Source: Limisphaerales bacterium (GTDB lineage: Bacteria; Verrucomicrobiota; Verrucomicrobiia; Limisphaerales; JAJOIW01). Taken from it: DNA of 64,000 bases. Numbering within the stretch: the stretch's first letter is position 1; each line of letters opens with the position of its first letter. The position numbers and the translations under genes were made by a program. The notes beneath the pieces were generated by a model, which was not told the origin of the DNA, searched no databases, and saw only the letters and a program-made list of their open reading frames with translations. The DNA is taken from contig CBFHOE010000002.1 of assembly GCA_965657355.1 (NCBI GenBank), forward strand, positions 64,001-128,000. The letters run 5' to 3'. Shown one piece after another: positions 60,551 through 64,000 of this stretch.

Positions 60551-60775
60551 GTGTCGAAAGCTCAATTGTATAAACAAGCCCTAGAAAAAGTAGGCAACCC
60601 GAATGTTCTTGTTAACATTATCTCCAGAAGGGTCAAACAACTTAATTCAGGCGGAGGAATTGGAAGGCCTCTACTTGAAGAATCAGCCACTATGAGTGCC
60701 TCTGAAATAGCTTTGACCGAGTTAATAGAGGACAAATTCGAGTGGGAATTACTTATGGATATTGAAGAGAAATAG
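60551..60775 (+). CDS. rpoZ: RNA polymerase omega subunit
   Basis: ALEKVGNPNVLVNIISRRVKQL...IALTEL; 74 aa. Confidence 0.82.
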   Translation: MSKAQLYKQALEKVGNPNVLVNIISRRVKQLNSGGGIGRPLLEESATMSASEIALTELIEDKFEWELLMDIEEK

Positions 60776-60827
60776 CCCCTTAGCCAGCCTCCTATCAAAA
60801 CCAGTTCCAATTCAAAGACAATTTTCT

Positions 60828-60859
60828 AATACCAAAAGCCGTGGCTTTTGGTATTTTTT
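60828..60859 (+). terminator. Hairpin/terminator between rpoZ and smpB
   Basis: Perfect 13-bp inverted repeat AATACCAAAAGCC-GT-GGCTTTTGGTATT followed by Ts. Confidence 0.65.
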
Positions 60860-60880
60860 ATTAGCAAACCTCGCTTTAAA

Positions 60881-61348
60881 ATGGGTAAAGATTCCAAACC
60901 ATCAGATATAATAGTCAACAAAAAGGCAAGACACGACTTTACGGTGATGGACACTCATGAGGCTGGAATCGTATTGAAAGGTACTGAAGTTAAAGCGGTG
61001 CGAAATGGTCTTGCCCAAATAAGAGAGGCTTTCATCAGGGTCGATCATGGCCAAGTTTGGCTCCATAACGCAAATATCGAGGAATATTCTCACGGAAATC
61101 AATTTAATCATAAACCCACCGCCGCGAGAAAATTACTACTCCATAAAAAGGAAATTGAAGAATTGTTCCATAAATCAAATATTCCTGGAAATACATTAGT
61201 TCCACTCCGCCTTTATTGGAAAAAAAATAAAATTAAAGTCGAAGTCGGGGTATGCAAAGGCAAAGCACAACATGACAGAAGGCAGGACATAAAAGAAAGA
61301 GACGCAGATAGAGAAATGAAAAGAGCCCTTGCTGCCTCAAGAAGATGA
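60881..61348 (+). CDS. smpB: SsrA-binding protein
   Basis: NKKARHDF, EAGIVLKGTEVK, RKLLLHKKEI, GKAQHDRR. Confidence 0.96.
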   Translation: MGKDSKPSDIIVNKKARHDFTVMDTHEAGIVLKGTEVKAVRNGLAQIREAFIRVDHGQVWLHNANIEEYSHGNQFNHKPTAARKLLLHKKEIEELFHKSNIPGNTLVPLRLYWKKNKIKVEVGVCKGKAQHDRRQDIKERDADREMKRALAASRR

Positions 61349-61427
61349 GAAAGCATCAATTTGAACTATTTCCTTGGAAAAAGGATTAATTTGCAAGATT
61401 ATAGGTCTATCTCAAATCTTTTCCAAC

Positions 61428-62804
61428 ATGCTTGATTTATTTGGTGAACCGTCTGGAAGAAGTTCGTTTTGTGACAATCTAAGCCGCAGAGAATTTCTGA
61501 AAATTGGGGGAATGGCAGCAGGAGGCCTGGGTCTGGGTCAACTGCTGGATATAGAAGCCCAGGCGGGCACAAGCTCCTCATCAAAATCAATAATCAACAT
61601 TTTCCTTCCAGGTGGCCCTTCTCACATCGACATGTTCGATCTCAAACCGGATGCGCCTCGTGAAGTAAGAGGAGAATTCAAGCCAATCTCCACAAACGTG
61701 CCGGGGATTCAAATTTGTGAACTATTCCCAAAGTTGGCTACCATGGCCGATAAATACTCTATAATTCGGTCCATTCACGACTCGGAAGGCAGACATGATT
61801 GCTACCAGTGTATGACAGGAAGGCGAGTGAGTGACGCCAATACGGCTCCTCCAGGAGGATGGCCTTCGTTCGGATCGTGGGTCTCCAAATTGAAAGGATC
61901 CCATAAAGGCATGCCTGCTAATGTTTCTTTGATGTATCCGACGAGATTTAGGGATTGGGGAAGACCGGGAACTGGTGGCTTTATTGGGTTAGAGCATGGC
62001 CCGATAAGCCTCGTAGACAAAGATCCTAATGCTAAAGCTCGAAATATGTCTGTCGATGGATTGAGTATTAATCGCTTATCAGATCGTGAAAATTTAAGAA
62101 ACGCGCTCGATACTTTTAAAAGATCAGCCGACCAAACGGGGCAAATGCAAGGTATTGATAGCTTCCATCAACAAGCCTTGGAAATCTTAAGCGGTGGGGG
62201 CCTTTCAGCAGCGCTAGACCTTTCCTCTGAAAATTCTAAAACTCTCGATCGCTACGGGGTCAATGATCCAGCCTACCAGAGAGATGGGGCTCCAAAAATG
62301 ATACGCAATTTCCTTATTGCCCGCCGTTTGGTGGAAGCCGGGGTTCGTGTTGTTTCACTGAACTACAGCCGGTGGGATTGGCACGGGGGCGACGGAATGA
62401 ATTTCCCAAGATCTAGAGAAGAATTCCCCTTATTCGACCAAGGCCTTTCAGCACTAATCACTGACCTTCATGAACGAGGACTTGATAAAGATGTGTCTGT
62501 AGTCGTTTGGGGCGAATTTGGAAGAACGCCAAGAATCAATGCCAAAAATAGCAGAGACCATTGGCCACGGGCTTCATTCGCCTTGATGTTTGGTGGAGGA
62601 ATGCGAACAGGGCAAGTAATTGGAGCTACAGATAGGACCGGATCAGACGTCATTGAGAGACCCATTAAATTCCAAGAGGTGTTTGCCACGCTATACCACA
62701 ATATCGGAGTGGATCTTAAGTCCGCAACAATCAAGGACACTCAAGGACGCCCGCACTTTTTAGTCGACCCAGGGGTTTTACCAATTAAAGAATTGGTTGG
62801 ATAA
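61428..62804 (+). CDS. DUF1501 domain protein
   Basis: [46 protein letters not shown]. Confidence 0.9.
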   Translation: MLDLFGEPSGRSSFCDNLSRREFLKIGGMAAGGLGLGQLLDIEAQAGTSSSSKSIINIFLPGGPSHIDMFDLKPDAPREVRGEFKPISTNVPGIQICELFPKLATMADKYSIIRSIHDSEGRHDCYQCMTGRRVSDANTAPPGGWPSFGSWVSKLKGSHKGMPANVSLMYPTRFRDWGRPGTGGFIGLEHGPISLVDKDPNAKARNMSVDGLSINRLSDRENLRNALDTFKRSADQTGQMQGIDSFHQQALEILSGGGLSAALDLSSENSKTLDRYGVNDPAYQRDGAPKMIRNFLIARRLVEAGVRVVSLNYSRWDWHGGDGMNFPRSREEFPLFDQGLSALITDLHERGLDKDVSVVVWGEFGRTPRINAKNSRDHWPRASFALMFGGGMRTGQVIGATDRTGSDVIERPIKFQEVFATLYHNIGVDLKSATIKDTQGRPHFLVDPGVLPIKELVG

Positions 62805-62832
62805 CTTTTCCATCACCCATGCCGATAATCAT

Positions 62833-64000
62833 ATGAATAAAAAAATCACAAACACAACACGAAGAAAATTTTTAAAGACATCGGCAGCTTCATTCGGCTT
62901 GGCCACGGGCATACCGAGTTTCTTTATCAAAAATAGTCAAGGGGCGGAGAATAGTCCGAATTCCAAAATAAACATTGGCGTCATCGGTTATGGTAAAAGA
63001 ACTCGCAGTCTTCTTAATAGCGCACTGCGCAATCCGGACACCCATATAGTCGCACTTGCCGAAGTAGAAAAAAGCAGACTTGAGCACGGTTTAAATGCTG
63101 CAAACAAAAATGGCAAAGGGGGATCCAACCAGACGAAAGGTTATGTTGATTTCCGTGAAATGTTTTCTAATCACGATCTCGATGCTGTCATCATCGGAAC
63201 GCCAGACCACTCACACGTCGTCCAATGCCTCCTTGCGGCAAGACAGGGAATGGATATCTATTGTGAAAAACCTCTTACACTAACAATCCATGAAGGCAGG
63301 GTACTTGCCGACGTCGTGAAGGAGAAAAAAATTGTTTTCCAGACAGGCAGCCAACAAAGAAGCGAATACGGCCACAGATTTAAAAAAGCCGCTGAATTAA
63401 TTAGAAACGGTTACCTTGGGGAAATCAGAGAAGTTTTTGTTAATGTCGGGGCTCCGCCTATTCCTTGCGATCTTCCCGGAGAACCAATCCCACAAGGAAC
63501 GGATTGGGATCTATGGTTGGGGCCTGCGGCATATCGTGACTATAACTCTATCCTATGTCCAAAAGGCATTCACAACCACTTCCCTGCATTCAGGAAATAT
63601 TCTGAATTTGCCGGGGGGCCTTTAGCCGATATTGGAGCTCACCATTTCGATATCGTTCAATGGGCATTGGGCATGGATAACACTGGCCCAATTTCCATTA
63701 CACCTCCTGAGAATGGATCAAAAAGAGACCTTGTTTTCGAGTATGCAAATGGAATCAAACTGACTCATGGGGGAAAAGGCTCGATAACTTTCATTGGATC
63801 AGAGGGAACACTTAACGTTGGAAGAGGTTCGATCAGCGCTGATCCATCTCATATTCTTGACATAGAATTAAAGACAACAGACACCCCTGTCTACCACTCG
63901 ACCAATCACATGCGCAACTGGTTAGATTGTATTCATTCAAGAAAAGATCCAATTTGTACCGCTGAAATAGGCCATAGATCAGCTTCCATTTGTCACCTTG
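62833..64000 (+). CDS. Tat-exported Gfo/Idh/MocA oxidoreductase (runs off the right edge; not in the ORF track)
   Basis: ATG 62833 MNKKITNTTRRKFLK; IGVIGYG; TPDHSH; YCEKPL; GSQQRS; WDLWLGPA; DIGAHHFD. Confidence 0.9.
   Translation, partial: MNKKITNTTRRKFLKTSAASFGLATGIPSFFIKNSQGAENSPNSKINIGVIGYGKRTRSLLNSALRNPDTHIVALAEVEKSRLEHGLNAANKNGKGGSNQTKGYVDFREMFSNHDLDAVIIGTPDHSHVVQCLLAARQGMDIYCEKPLTLTIHEGRVLADVVKEKKIVFQTGSQQRSEYGHRFKKAAELIRNGYLGEIREVFVNVGAPPIPCDLPGEPIPQGTDWDLWLGPAAYRDYNSILCPKGIHNHFPAFRKYSEFAGGPLADIGAHHFDIVQWALGMDNTGPISITPPENGSKRDLVFEYANGIKLTHGGKGSITFIGSEGTLNVGRGSISADPSHILDIELKTTDTPVYHSTNHMRNWLDCIHSRKDPICTAEIGHRSASICHL

Noticed and set aside
60776..61427. tmRNA (ssrA) next to smpB
   Set aside because: The flanking gaps are about 100 bp or less and lack tRNA-like ends.
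62890..63625. Short ORFs listed near the right edge
   Set aside because: They lie within the long Gfo/Idh/MocA frame starting at 62833.

Overview
Chromosomal window of a fairly AT-rich bacterium (roughly 40% GC by eye). The gene content (DUF1501 and PSD1/DUF1553 proteins, sulfatases, a complete MoxR-Bat operon, Tat-exported oxidoreductase, Ig-repeat surface proteins) points to the PVC superphylum, most likely Verrucomicrobiota; this is inferred from family recognition, not a database search. It holds about 57 CDS, mostly housekeeping (cysS, hrpB, trpB, gatCA, aspC, rph, prmA, rpsR, rpmG, dksA-like, folE2, galE, ispA, rpoZ, smpB) plus glycan/sulfate-ester catabolism genes. I found no rRNA, tRNA, CRISPR array or mobile element. 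The ORF track misses or truncates four genes: rpmG, a 56-aa ORF, and the two edge-truncated CDS. Best lead: a single ORF fusing HAD phosphatase, Nudix hydrolase and FolB (55690-57180). It would cover three consecutive pterin steps of folate synthesis, including the dihydroneopterin-monophosphate phosphatase step that usually has no assigned gene, and the junction carries visible scars of the fusion. Other leads: a folE2-dksA-rpmG-rpsR run of zinc-independent variants, a UxuB-type SDR + LarA-homolog + sialidase-like operon, a promoter/terminator-bounded structured RNA upstream of trpB, and a ~1660-aa surface protein with six ~233-aa repeats.
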